A stretch of 64,000 nt of DNA, taken from the human T2T-CHM13v2.0 reference genome, Homo sapiens. The notes beneath the pieces were generated by a model, which saw only the letters and a list, made by a program, of their open reading frames with translations, was not told the DNA's origin and did no database searches. The stretch's first letter is position 1. Each line of letters opens with the position of its first letter. The DNA lies in NCBI RefSeq assembly GCF_009914755.1, contig NC_060935.1. One strand, given 5' to 3'. The position numbers were made by a program, and so were the translations under genes. This document shows, piece after piece, positions 15,873 through 29,215 of this stretch.

Positions 15873-16016
15873 TTTTTATTTTTATTTTTATTTTTATAAA
15901 GACAGGGTCTCACTATGTTGTCTAGGCTGATCTCGAATTCCTGGGCTCAAGTGATCCTCCTGGTTTGGCCCATCCCAAAGTTCTGGGATTACAGACATGA
16001 GCCACCATGCCCGGCC
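15873..16016 (-). mobile_element. FLAM_C / free left Alu monomer
   Basis: Single monomer, TSD tatgagcaacttt. Confidence 0.9.
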
Positions 16017-16494
16017 TTGCTTATGAGCAACTTTAAAAAGGTTTGTATGTTTGAACACAGCAATTTAGCCACAAGAATGCCATCACCATATTGTTTATGA
16101 TAGTATAAAATATTGGACAAGGCTAATGTGCAAAAATTAGAAGAAAAGTTTAAAAGAATTTTGATAGTCATGTCATGAAATACTGTGCAGTTATTAAAAT
16201 AATGGTGTAGGATTATACTTAGTGATCTGGGAAGACTACAACAAAAAATAATCACCAAGCAATGTTTAATTATGTCAATAATATTTGGTCAATATGTATG
16301 GCCAATATTTTAGCAAAAAAGATAGATTTTTATACCAAATATTTAATATTTTGCATACAAATGTTTATAAAGTTAGAGATACATCAAACTATTAGTAGTG
16401 ATTATTTCTGGAAGTTGGAATTTCAGGTTTTTGCCTTTTGGATTTTCTTTGTTTCCTTGCATTTCCCAATTTTCTACAGAAATCACGTATTACA

Positions 16495-16800
16495 GGCCAG
16501 GCACGGTGCTCACACCTGTAATCCCAGCACTTTGGGAGGCCGAGGCAGGCGGATCACCTGAGGTCAGGAGCTAAAGACAGCCTGGCCAATATGGTGAAAC
16601 CCCGTCTCTACCAAAAATACAAAAATTAGCCAGGAGTGGTGGCGGGCACCTGTAATCCCAGCTACTCAGGAGTCTGAGGCAGAAGAATTGCTTGAACCCG
16701 GGAGGGCGGAGGCTACAGTGAACCGAGATCATGCCATTGCACTTCAGCCTGGGCAACAGAGCAAGACTCCAACTCAAAAAAAAAAAAAAACAAAAAAACC
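16495..16800 (+). mobile_element. AluSx-like
   Basis: Full dimer, TSD approximately aaatc(a/g)(c/t)gtattac. Confidence 0.95.
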
Positions 16801-17007
16801 CAAAAATCGTGTATTACTTGTGGAATTTTAAACAGTAACTTAAAAGTCTAAAGTTTTGGGTAATCAAGATTACTTTTACAGAAGGGATGATTCTGAAGCT
16901 TAGCAGGTGATGAGTACTAAAGGTGAAGAATTGGGAGTCACTGGCTTATAGATGAGAGTGGATGAAACAACCCAGGGAGAGCAGGCAGAGAGTGAAAGCA
17001 AAAACTA

Positions 17008-17317
17008 AGCTGGATGCTGTGGCTCACACCTGTAATCCCAGCACTTTGGGAGGCTGAAGTAGGTGGATCACTTGAGCCCAGGAGTTTGAGACCAGCCTGG
17101 CCAACATAGTGAGACGCTGTATCTACAAAAAATAAACAAAAAAAACTTAGCCACACATGGTGGTGCGCAGCTGTAGTCCCAGTTACTGGGGAGGCTGAGG
17201 TAATACGATCTCTTGAGCCCAAGAGGTCGAGGCTACAGTGAGCTGTGATTGCACTACTGCACTCCAGCCTGGGTGACAGAGTGAGACCCTGTCTCAAAAA
17301 AAAAAAAAAAAAAAAAA
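17008..17317 (+). mobile_element. AluJ
   Basis: Full dimer, A22 tail, TSD approximately aaagcaaaaa. Confidence 0.95.
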
Positions 17318-18895
17318 GCAAAAAGTGAGCCCTGGAGATTAACAAGATTTATGGAGTTAGTGAAGGGAAATTCATTAAGATTTCCTGAGAAAGAGTAGTA
17401 GGAGGAATGGTGGTTGATCAAAAGCAAGTCATGCTCTGTGATAAAGATCAAAGAAGAAGAAGGTTTCTTAAAGAATGAAGTGATCACTGCGGTGGGCAAC
17501 AAAGAGGTCCAGTAGGTTGAAGGCTGAAGGGCGGTTGTCGGGAGAAAAAAAAGCAGGTTGGAGAGCTCTTGGATGACTCTGGTCTGGGCTGGGTGTTGCT
17601 GCACAGTGAAACATTGGAGATGGCAAGTGGAGTTTACTCTCTGAAGGATCTTTGTGGGTAGGAAGGCAAGAGGACATGGCTTTTGGGGCGGAAGCAGAGT
17701 TGAATAATGGGATGTTTTTAACAGAAGAGACTTGGGATGTAATTAGGTTGAGTTAAGGGAGCCATTATTAGCGAAGAAATTGAAGAGATGAGGGAAAGTG
17801 GGGATGAATAATGGACAAGATTGGAGGGATGTGGGAGAGGAAGAGATAAGCGTACATGTGGGTGGATTGGCCTGGAACTGAGAGAGTGGCTAGTTCTGGA
17901 AGAGGGAGGATCCGCCCTTTTCTGCGGGGGAAGAGGGAAGGCATCCTGAATGCTGAGCTGAGCTGCCCACATCCACACATCAGGACTGTAGGATGTGTCC
18001 TCCCAGCTGCTGGGTTTCCCCTCTTCTTTGAGAATGGCCTCAGTTGAAGAGTCGCCTTAAGCAAGGCCACAGCTCTTCCTGGGGCCTCCCACATCTTGCT
18101 CTCAGAAGGGTCCTCTGCCTGGTTAAAAGCTCTGCTGAGACTATCTTGAAATTCTCAGTGATTTTATCTTTGAATTTGTGTTTTGTTAATCTGATGGGAC
18201 AATGGAGCACACGTGTGAACAGAGGGAAAACGGCCCAGATGAATGCCCCACATTTCTTGCTACCTCCTTTGGATACAGCATTCAGGATCACTGTGAAACT
18301 TCCAGAACATGCTTAATTTGTACTCATTTTGAGTCTCGCTGCGTTCTCATGTATCGTGCCTTCACAGAATTCCGTGCTCATGCTTCCTATCAACATGTCT
18401 ATGACCGAGTAAGCAAGACACTTGCAACCCACCAGGCCATACTTTTCATTCATCCAGAACTTGCTTTGAACTCAGAAAGAAGGCAGTGGCATTCTAAGAA
18501 GCGCAAACAACCAAGAAGCCCTATCATATCCCTTTCTATGTGCATTACTTTCCTGTATTAGCCAACCACTTATCCTGAAAATGATGACATATGAGGAAAG
18601 CGAAAAACAGAGCAACACATATTTCCTTTCCCTTTCAGTCTTTGCTTATTCACCAGTGAGCCAAAGGTAAGAAGTATTGATAGAATGTATGCATACCAAG
18701 AAGTGAAACAAAACCAGTTTTGTGCAGTATTTCCACTGTTCTGGTAAGAACAAGATACAAGTATATGCCCAAGCTATGAAATTCCAGTGAAGTGATTCTA
18801 TATGTATGTGTGTGTGTGTGTATTCTTACATTTGCGTCTAAAATTGGCATTGCACAACATAAAGATGAACAGTAAAATTTATGCTAATGGTTTAG

Positions 18896-19242
<347 letters not shown>

Positions 19243-19271
19243 ATAATAAAGTATTTTTAAAGAAAAAAGCT

Positions 19272-19734
19272 AATAGCAAAGATGTGGAATCAACCAAAAT
19301 ACCAATCAATGATAGACTGGATAAAGAATATGTGTTACATATACACCATGGAATACTATGCAGCCATAAAAAGGAATGAGATCATGTCCTTTGCAGGAAC
19401 ATGCATGGAGCTGGAAGCCATTATCCTCAACAAACTAATGAAGGAACAGAAAACCAAACACAGCATGTTCTCACTTATAAGTGGGAGCTGAATGGTGAGA
19501 ACACATGAACATATCAGGGGGAACAACACACCCTGGGGCCTATGGGGGGAATAGGGGAGAGAGAGCATCAGGATAAACAGCTAATGGATACTGGGTTTGA
19601 TACCTAGGTGATGAGTTGATCTGTGCAGCAAACCACCATGGTACACCTATGTAACAAACCTGCACATCCTGCACATGTACCTCAGAACTTAAAATTCAGG
19701 AAAAAAATAAACAAATAAATAAATAAATAAATAA
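19272..19734 (+). mobile_element. L1PA (old primate, about PA13-16) 3' end
   Basis: ORF2p C-terminal remnant WNQPKYQSMIDWIK...HSMFSLISGS (19282-19491), L1PA 3'UTR, (TAAA)n tail. Confidence 0.92.
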
Positions 19735-19740
19735 GCTTTA

Positions 19741-19899
19741 CAGGTGTGGTGGCTCACACCTGTAATCCTTGCACTTTGGGAGGCTGAGGCAGGAGGATTG
19801 CTTGAGTCAGAAGTTTGGATCAGCCTGGCAATACAATGAGACCCCATCTCTACAAAAAATTCTTTAAAAATTTAAAAAAGAGAAAAAAGAAAGAAAAAA
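19741..19899 (+). mobile_element. FLAM / left Alu monomer
   Basis: caggtgtggtggctcacacctgtaatcc...gagaccccatctctac followed by an A-rich tail. Confidence 0.88.
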
Positions 19900-21180
19900 C
19901 TTTATAGGCGAGTATATTAAAGAGTACTTTTCCCTCCCTGCTCTTTGAACAAGGGGTCCTGAATTTTCATTTCCCACTTGGTCCACAGATTATGCAGCTG
20001 GCCCTGGCTGGGAGCCTTGGGCAAATTACCCAACCTTAGTTTCTTTATCTGCAAACTGATGAAAAAGATGAAGACAGTTAATATATATAAAGGGCTTTCC
20101 ATAGGGCCCAGCAAAAGTCATGCTATGTGTTTGCCACTGTTATCAGAAAAGTAACTGTGTGGCTGAATCTGGAGGTCAAGGAAGGACCAGAGGGGTGGTG
20201 GAGAGAAGATGGGAAGAGTTTGGAAGACTAGAGGTCTGGAAAAGGGAGATGCATGGTTCTAAAGGAGCCACAGGTAGAAAAATGAGAAATTGGCTTTAGG
20301 GATCAGGCTTTTTAAACTTAAGGGTTTGCTAATGAAACAGTTCTAGGTGATGACAAGATCCAGGGTGTTGCCATGGAAGTGGGTCACTTAAATGAAATGA
20401 AGGTGAAATTTGTCGGTCGCGAAGGAAATCAAGAAACTGCGAGTTCAAGTTATTAGATGAGGCACCTGCTTGGAAACTGAAGCCATTTGGGATGATGACA
20501 GAGATTTGGGTGGGAGGAAGACAAGTGCTAGCGGTGGAAGTTCTGTAGGAATCTGCGAGAGTGACTGAGGTCAGCAAATGGCTTCAGTGGGACTGAGAAG
20601 AGTGTGGCAAGGGGAAGAGCAGTTGGATGTTGGAGCTCAAAAGAGGAGGAGCAATTGAACGGAGCTGTTTGTTTCAACATGAGGTTTTGCTCCAAAAGGC
20701 TGAAAACAATAGCAGCCAACATTTAATATAGAAAGTACCAAAAGCATATCCTTGATCCCAAAGGCAAGTAGAATGAAGCCCAGGACTAATAGGAAAACAC
20801 CAAGCCCTGATTGGTAGGTAATAGGGTCACAGACAGAAATGTGAGCCAAAGATCAAAGAACAGCAAAGCAGAGGAAGCATGGGAACACAGAGAGTTGGGA
20901 GATAAGTGGGGAGAGGTCCAATAATTGGATAAGGCCATCAGACTAATAAGGGATCCAGTTAAATGTCTGGTCATCCTGCTGGCTACAGACATTGTACACA
21001 GCGTCTGGGAGCCTGGAGGAGCTGTGGAAAGTCCATTTTACCTCTGCCCCGCAGCGGGCATCCCTTGCCGCCAAGTTCTCTGAAGGCAAGCAGCCCACCT
21101 CCCATCAATGAAATGGTGAGCAAGTGATAAAAACATGTCCAGAACATTTCTCTGTCTAAATCAAATTGTAGCTGGTCTGA

Positions 21181-21235
21181 GTGCTCGCTTCAGCAGCATA
21201 TCCACTAAAACTGGAATAATACAGAAAAGATTAGC
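21181..21235 (+). pseudogene. RNU6: U6 snRNA retropseudogene, 3'-truncated (U6 nt 1-55)
   Basis: gtgctcgcttcagcagcatatccactaaaactggaataatacagaaaagattagc is 47/55 identical to the U6 5' end; short A-tail; 17-bp TSD aatt(g/a)ta(g/a)ctggtctga at 21164-21180 and 21245-21261. Confidence 0.93.
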
Positions 21236-22764
21236 CAAAAAAAGAATTATAACTGGTCTGACACCCCCGAGGTTGCCAATGTCTGCATGTTTTCAGAATA
21301 TTCTCACATAAAAAACAAACAAACAAAAAACAGCAACAACAAAACTTGGGCTTCTCAGGTCTCAGAAGGTGGAAGTGAGGTGTCCTCTGTTTGGTCCTGT
21401 CTATGATGCTCTTGGCTGTGCTCCTCATCCAGGTCCACACAGGTGAACTGATACCATGGAGACTCCCAAGACCATGGCCTGGGTGCTCAATCCTCACGGA
21501 CACCCATGGAGCCCTCCAGAGCCACCTGATCCTCCCTCCTCAGAAGATCTGCATTCCCTGGGGTTCAGGTATCTGCCTCGATGGAAACCGCAGGCCTCTT
21601 CCTTCTCCTCCTTTCCCTTCCTGAGTATCTGGCTATCCTCTTCAGGGTCAGAGGTAGGCCCTCCTCCTCAGCCAGCCCTTTTCATTTCAAACCCCACACT
21701 ACACACCCACCAGGTTTCTCCCCTATATGTCAAACCGCATTTAATCGCTTGGTCGTTCCCGAGTTTAGCAAAAATAATGGCATCTGGCAACTTCTCCTTT
21801 GTTCTATGAAACAGAGGTAAATGTTATTAACCGAATAAAGAAACTTAGACCTCAAGGACACAAAAACCTGGAAGAGAGATAGAAGGAGGGGTGGGGAGGA
21901 GGAAAGGAAATACCTTTCGTGCCTTTGTGTTGAGCCTACTGCAGAGAAAAACAAGACACAGGTAATTTCTGAGTCAGTTATTCTGCTCCATTAAAGTCTC
22001 AATAAATTGCCTTGCTATAATGCAAACTCTCTGGAATGTGAGCATGGTCTTTGGTAGATTCAGGATTCACCCCTGGAGGGGAGCATAATGAAGACATGGA
22101 ACTAGTTAGGTGTCCCAGAGGCCTGTCATGGTGGCTGGGGGAAGATGTCTGAGTCTGAGACAGGAGCTGACCAGGCCTTGGGCATCTGATCCCCCAGAGG
22201 AGCCAAGTTCTCACTGTGCCCAGTGACCTTCCCGCAGTTCCTCAGAAAATGACATTAAGCCCAATCACATGTGTTCAGGCATACAAATGGATATCAGAAA
22301 GCATTTGCCTGAGGTTGGGGGTGAAAAAGAGAATGTATTTCTGAGCCAAATACAATAAGCAAAGTGTGCAAACCTTCTCAGGATTGCTTATTAGCCAAGG
22401 GAAAAGGGAGTTAGGGAGAGTGATTGGGGAAGGAGATGAGGCTGGGAGTCCTGCAGCCACAGAATCTGAGCAGATCCTGGTCTTTGCTCTCATTTCAGGT
22501 AACAAGATGGAAAAGTTAGAGCCCTTTTATTATTTTTTTTTTTTAATGAAGAAAACAGCCCTCTTGGGTTTCTCACTCCCAGTTAACACTCACCACACTA
22601 CCTAAGCTCTTAACTCAGGGCCAGGGTCAGGGAGAAACTCTGAAAATAATAGCAATGGCTGCATTTTGCCCAGAAGCCACATCTTTTTTCTTTGTGCTTT
22701 CCTTGTTTTCGCCTCATTCATTTCCAGAAGTGGTAGCAGGTCCATGCTTTTTGTTTTCGGTGGC

Positions 22765-22797
22765 TGTGTGTGTGTGTGTGTGTGTATGTGTGTGTGT
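22765..22797. repeat. (TG)n microsatellite
   Basis: Read directly. Confidence 0.9.
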
Positions 22798-24399
22798 CTT
22801 ACAACCCTGGCAAGGGGCATAAGTAAGAAAATCAATATTTGTTTCAAATGTGAAATTTACAGGAAGGGCCTGGGGGAGGAGAGAGAAGTTGAGGCAGATG
22901 ACTGGAATGCTCAGAAAAGAGGGGCCTTTTTGGAGGATGGCCAGCCATCCCCTGAGAGAGGAGCCCACCTCTGAGGGAGGGGCTGTCCTCCAGCTGCTCA
23001 GGCAACAGACTGAGGCCTCGCTCGGGGAATGGCTTCATGGAGGGCCAGGCTGAGACTGTGGTGCAGGGGACCACGGGCAGGAGGGGAAGCTAGGAGTGAG
23101 GCTGGTAGGTGGACTGGGTGGGCCTAAAGGATTTCTTTTAGGGAAATGGTGGGGACAGCTGTGTACTGCCCTGGAAATATTGCTTTTGATGAGATTGTCA
23201 ACATTGCTTGACAGATGCACCACCAATCTTTAGCCAGATAATTCTCTGGAACCATTAAAGATACCCTGGGGACTGTCCAGTCTGTGGGCTGCAGTGTTGA
23301 CGGCTGCCACCCTAATGACATCAAAGACAACATCGATGGCGGCGCAGAGGAGTGCCCAGCTAGGTAAAAAGTACAAAGGAAAATATTTCGATAAAGGACC
23401 ATTTGACAACTAGTAACATAAATAAATACATAAATAAATAATAATTAAGTAAATAAACTCACTCCCCAAGGGATAAAGTCACACTAGTGCCAGGGCAGGC
23501 TCAACATCCAAAGCTGGACCTTACAGACCATGGAGATTCTTAACTTCAGTTAGGAGGCAGGGCTTTGCTTCAGGGAGGTTCCTATACTTTGTCACAGGAC
23601 CTCCTGCAGTGACTCAGCTACAGAGATGGCTACAGTCCTTGAGGGAGAGGCAGAGAAAGCTGGCAAGAGTTATGTAAGATGGTGGAACCCTGGCCTTGTG
23701 GATGAAGATTCAGGGCCATTCTCTAGCCCCAGACTCTACCAGGGAACCAAAGCAGGAGCCCACTATGCTGTCTGGGCCATCATGAGTGGGGCCATCTGAA
23801 CCTAGGTCACCCAAGCCCACTAGATGCTGAACTGAAGATAGCAAAATTCAGACCGTGCCTCCTTGTACAGATGGAGCTGTCACACGCCCTATGCTGGGGT
23901 CAGCTTCTACTCAGAGTCTAGGAGAGTGTGAGCCTGCAGACGAAAGGTCCTTGAGGCCTACAACCGAATGGGACTGAAAGCTAGCAGGGGCTGAATAGAC
24001 CCAGGGAGAGAGAAGGATGGGGAAACCAGCACGCAGTGGCTCTTGCCATGAGGAAACAGCAGGAGACCAAGCTGCCTCTGCAAGTGGAGGAGAAGAGTAT
24101 GGAGCAGAGCCACAGCCATGCAGAGCTCTGCTGCCAGCTGACCTTGGGATCCTCCGGAAATAACCCAACCTCCATGCACCCTAGTTTCCTTATCTTGGGG
24201 AAATCATATTTTATAGATAAAAATCTCATCTACAATGTAGGCTTATAAGAAATACTCTAAAAACTTCTTTAAATCAACTGGAACCCAGTTCTTGGTTCAT
24301 ATTCTTCTAAGCAAGTGGATAATTATTTCATCTTAGTCATTGAGGAGACTCCCCACCCTAGGGCTGTGCAAAGGTCCTGGGATCTTATGCAGTGCAGAG

Positions 24400-25470
24400 G
24401 CATCTGGAAGTCTTTTATTCATCCGGTGACTACTTTTTGACATCTGCTTGAACCAAACACTGTTCCCGGCACAGAATGTATGAGCAAAAGAGACAGAGTC
24501 TCTGTTCTCAAGAAGTTTACGTTCTGTAGGGGATGGTAAGAAAGGGGAGGTGTGTGTCCATGTGGTATGTATCAGATGGGGGTAAGGCAAAAGATGTGTA
24601 AACAAATGAATCAACCAATAAATATAATGATTTCAGGGAGAGGCAAATGTGGTTTTGCAGAACCCAATATATAACATACCTGTTCCCAGCCTGTGTTCTG
24701 AACGGTTGGAGAGACAGATATATGAGTCAGACAGTGGATACCCAAGCACCATGGCTAATCACAGCTAGGTTGGAGGATGTGGCTCCAGCCCACGGTTGGA
24801 GTGCAGCAACCATGAGCTTCATGGCACTGTACCCTGGAATTAGGCAGATTTGCACATCCAGTTTTAGGCAGTGATGGTTGACCACAGGCCTCCATCTGCA
24901 AGGGCAGAGCCTCTACCCCAAAGCCTACTTCCTGGCTTATAGACGATCAGCACTCATGTTCTCTGCCTGAAGTATGTCCCAGCAAGAAAGGGAGGGGCCC
25001 ATGTAGTCCCAGGAACTTCTCCGAATTTGCCAACCAGATAAGACACACCTGCTCTGCGGAGGAATGGGTAAGGGCTGGGGAGACCAGTAGTGTTACTCTG
25101 TCTGATGGAAGGTCCTTCCCATGGAAGGGAACCTTGGGACCTTGTCCCCTCCTAATGCTATGGGGTAAACAGTGTAGGATGATAGGCTGGAGAGTGAGGG
25201 GTGGGGGAACATGGTGATTACTTTAGCCTGAATGGTTAGGAAAGGCACTCTGAGGAGGTGACATTTGATTAGAGACCCAGATGATGGGAGTGAGCCACTA
25301 TGTGAATATTTGGAAAGGAGCTCTCAAGACGTGGGGGTGGGGGTGGGGGAAGTGGGGGGAGTGGGTGGAGGCTCTAAAGAGGGAGGGAGTTTGGTGTGTT
25401 CAAGGAGCAGAAAGCCAGCCAGCGCTGCTGGAGTGAGTGAGAAAACAGGCAACGATGGAGGCTAAAGTCA
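24400..25470 (-). mobile_element. L2 fragment split by an LTR-like insert
   Basis: acagagtctctgttctcaagaagtttacgttct...aaaggcactctgaggaggtgacatttga...ggtgtgttcaaggagcagaaagccagc. Confidence 0.7.
24648..25155 (-). mobile_element. Probable old ERVL-type solo LTR (MER54/LTR53-like)
   Basis: About 500 bp interrupting an L2; TG start on +; TATA-like tctataagcc on the - strand; family assignment tentative. Confidence 0.4.
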
Positions 25471-26808
25471 GTAAGATAGTAGAGGCTGGCCCTCTGCTTT
25501 GTCCTATTCTAATGGCAAATCGCAGCTTCTGAAGTTTTCTAAGTGCAAACCAATTCAGCACCAGGCAAGAGTCATCCTTCCAGAGAGCTCACCTCTCTTG
25601 ATTCCCAGACTCATGTTTTTTCTGTTATCATGTGCGGTCTCTTCCCAGAAACAGAAGGATTTGTTATCCCTGCCCTATCTTCCTCAAACAGTTGTGTTGA
25701 AGATGAAAAGGTAGAGCCCGTGACAAAGCTCTGAAGAGTTACAAGTGCAGTTAACCAACTCCTAATTAGGCTGTAACCCTCCACTCTTGCCTTGCGGCTA
25801 CGGGTTGTGGCCAGAGGCTCAACTTGGGGTCAGGCAGCCTAGGAAATTGAAAAAGAGGTAGGAGATCCAGACATGACAGAATCCAACCTCCCCACTTTTA
25901 GAGGAGTTCAGATCAGCAAGGAGAGGCAGACTGGTCAGGTAGCAGAAGAAGTGGGGTACACCCCAGGACTTTGGGTCCCTAGAGTCCTTTCCATTGCCCT
26001 CTGTGAAGATAATGCCTTTGTTTTGCTAACATAGGTTCCTTTCTTAAGTGCCAAGAATGAATGAATAAATAAGCACTCGTGGAGCCTCTATTACGTTTAA
26101 AGACTTTCTCTTTGTCCTGGCTCCACATTCAGTACCTCGCTTACTCTTTTTTCCTCTCCCCTCTGTCTCCCTCTTCCCCTCCCTTTCTCCCTCTTTTAAT
26201 CTACTGTGATCTTGAGCCTCCCAGATACTCTGTTTTCCCTTCTACATCCAGGCCAATCATAATTGCCCTCCCTATGGTACAGGGTGATTGTGAGATTTCA
26301 ATGAGATAACAAATGCAAAACACTTTGTAAACTGTAAGGTTTTACTAAGCTGTAAGGAGAAATGTTTTTATCATTAGCCGAGGGAAGGTAAGAGCCCCTC
26401 AGGATGGGTGAGCAGCCCCTACTTGCATACAGATGCAACCTCCCCTGCTCTTGCTTGCCTGGACTCCCCCTGCCCTCCTACCAGTTCCCTGGCCTGTAGT
26501 TTATCTTCCTGCCTCTGTTATTTTTTCCCCCCACTCTGCTTCCACCCCCAAGCGGAACTCAGCCCAGACACAGCAGCTGATAGTTAGCAAAGTGCCTGCT
26601 TTTTAACCTAATTATCTCAATGGGCTTGCCTGGGGCACAGGGGGTCAGGGAATGGATGGGAGGTCACACCACAAGCCTCCAGGTCCCCTGGGAGTAGGCG
26701 GCTCCTCTGGCAGCCTCCCAGCACTCTGGCTGGCCACACCCTACACAAGATTTCAAATCTATGCTGGCCAGGAAGACAAAATAAAAACTCAGAGGAGTAG
26801 GTTCACAG

Positions 26809-26905
26809 CAAGGTTTCTCAACCTACTCTAATTTGGGCCAGACAATGCTTTGTTCTGGAGTGTTCTGAGCAGTGTAGGATGTTTAGCAAGATGGCAACCA
26901 AAACT
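26809..26905 (-). mobile_element. MER20 fragment (hAT-Charlie)
   Basis: aggtttctcaacct...tttgggccagacaatgctttgtt...gtaggatgtttagca. Confidence 0.7.
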
Positions 26906-27641
26906 GTGATAAACAGTGACGCGAACACACCCGCTCAACTTTTTCATTATTTTAGTGTTAATCTATGGGTCTATTCTCTAAATGCTGCCATTTTGCTCTT
27001 GATGTGCTGTGTGTGTGTGTACATGTGTGCACATGTGCGCCGTAGCAAATGACTGGAGGAGCTGTCCCCAGTGAAACGCAGATTGGCTCCGATGTGATTG
27101 ATACACTGAACAACGTGAGCATAAAGCAGACTTCACGTTTGCTTATGCACGATTCTGGCCTCCAGAAACGCTAGGTGAACACAGAAAACTGAACCAGCTG
27201 CAGTGAATATACCAAACACACGCACACACATCAAATATCTTCAGAAAGAGGGAGCGTGAGCAAGCCAGCACACTTTCCTTGTCAAACTCCTGCACTTTTC
27301 CTTTTTTGCCCAGTAGATGGGGACGGGGTGGAGAAGAGCTGGTCTGGAGGTGGGGAGGCCGGGTGGAGTTGAGTTACAGCACCAAGAGCACCCTGGGCTA
27401 TAAGGGAACTAGAATGCAGTTGTTAGCAGCAGCGAATCTGCATGGGTCTGCAGCAACCTCAAGTCTCCTCAGAAGAAAGAATTTGACCAAGGGGCATAAG
27501 GCAGAAGGAGAGACCCGGGCAAGCTTCAGAGCAAGAGTGGAAGTTTATTAAAAAGCTTCAGAGCAGGAATGAAAGAAAAGTACACTTGGAAGAGAGCCAA
27601 ACAGGTGACTTGAGAGATCAAGTGCGTAATTTGACCTTTGA

Positions 27642-27998
<357 letters not shown>

Positions 27999-28250
27999 TT
28001 ACCTCTCCCCTGATTCTTCCCTTGGGGTGGGATGACCACGTGCTCAGTGGCCTGTTAGCACTTGGGAGGGGAGCTTGCACAGCGTGTTTACTGGAGTTGC
28101 GGGCGTTCTTCCCTTACTAGTCCAGTGTTCCTAGAGGAAGGTCACATACCAGTTAAATGCTGCCATTTTGCCTCTTGGTGCGCATGCCTGGGCCCACTCT
28201 CCCAACTCCTGAGATCTTATCGGGCAGCTGCTGATCACCAGTTTCAGGTG

Positions 28251-28562
28251 TTTTGTTTGTTTTTGTTTTTGTTTTTGTTTTTTTGACAGTGTTGTTCTGT
28301 CACCCAGGCTGGAGTGCAGTGGTGTGATCTTGGCTTATTACAACCTCCACCTCCCAGGTTCAAGCGATTCTCCTTCCTCAGCTTCCTGAGTAGCTGGGAT
28401 TACAGACACCCATCACCATGCCTGGCTAATTTTTGTATTTTAAGTAAAGACGGGGTTTCACCATGTTGGCCGGGCTGGTCTCAAACTTCTGACCTCAGGT
28501 GATCTGCCTGGCTTGGCCTCCCAAAGTGCTGGGATTACAGGCATAAGCCACTGCGCCCAGCC
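28251..28562 (-). mobile_element. AluSx-like
   Basis: Full dimer, TSD ccagtttcaggt. Confidence 0.95.
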
Positions 28563-29215
28563 CCAGTTTCAGGTTTTTTCTATCTATTGAAACTGCCTTT
28601 CCCTGGCATTGGCTGTAACCAATTATTATTTTAGACAGCTAACAACTGCCTGACCATCACCTGATGGTCACCTGACATTCCTGGTGGTAGGGGGCCCTCT
28701 CCTGCCCTGTTCACACCTGACTACATACCGTAACAAAGTGATGAAGGAGCTAGGAGGAGGTAAAAATGGATAACTTGAACCAATGGGTAGAAATAAGAGA
28801 GCCAAGTCAACTGGAGAAGGATTTTGTAACAATCAGGGCAATCATGGAATGGATTGGTTGAGTGTTTCTCATTCCTGAATGAATTTAAGAGGAGGGTGTG
28901 TTGTGGAAGGGAGGACAACAATGGGTAGGTGTTTTGACTGAAAGACCCACATGTTTTTTTCTAACTTTGAGGTTCCATAATGTTGTGAAAGCTGCTGTAG
29001 GAAATGCCAGTTTTGAACAAGGAAGTGAGTTCCTAGAATGGGTGCATTAAGAGAATTAATCTGGAAGTTCTGAGAGACACATCAAAAGAGGTAGAAAGGC
29101 TCCCAGAGGAAAGGCCTCATTGCAGAGACCTAGTCATAAAATCATGGGGACATAAATATATGTGCCAAGGCAGAGACAGAAAGAATGTGGGTGAGTGGGT
29201 GCTAAGGAAGAGGAA

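Larger units (their letters stand above)
15580..16830 (+). mobile_element. Old L1M(E) 3' fragment, split by a FLAM and an Alu
   Basis: cattggtacaatctttcttttgaggacaatttgacc...aaatactgtgcagttattaaaa; AT-rich L1ME-like 3' region. Confidence 0.6.

Noticed and set aside
21170-21184. agctggtctgagtgc resembles the Y3 RNA 5' end, suggesting a Y/U6 chimera
   Set aside because: Those bases are the upstream TSD, repeated downstream, joined to U6 nt 1-4; coincidence
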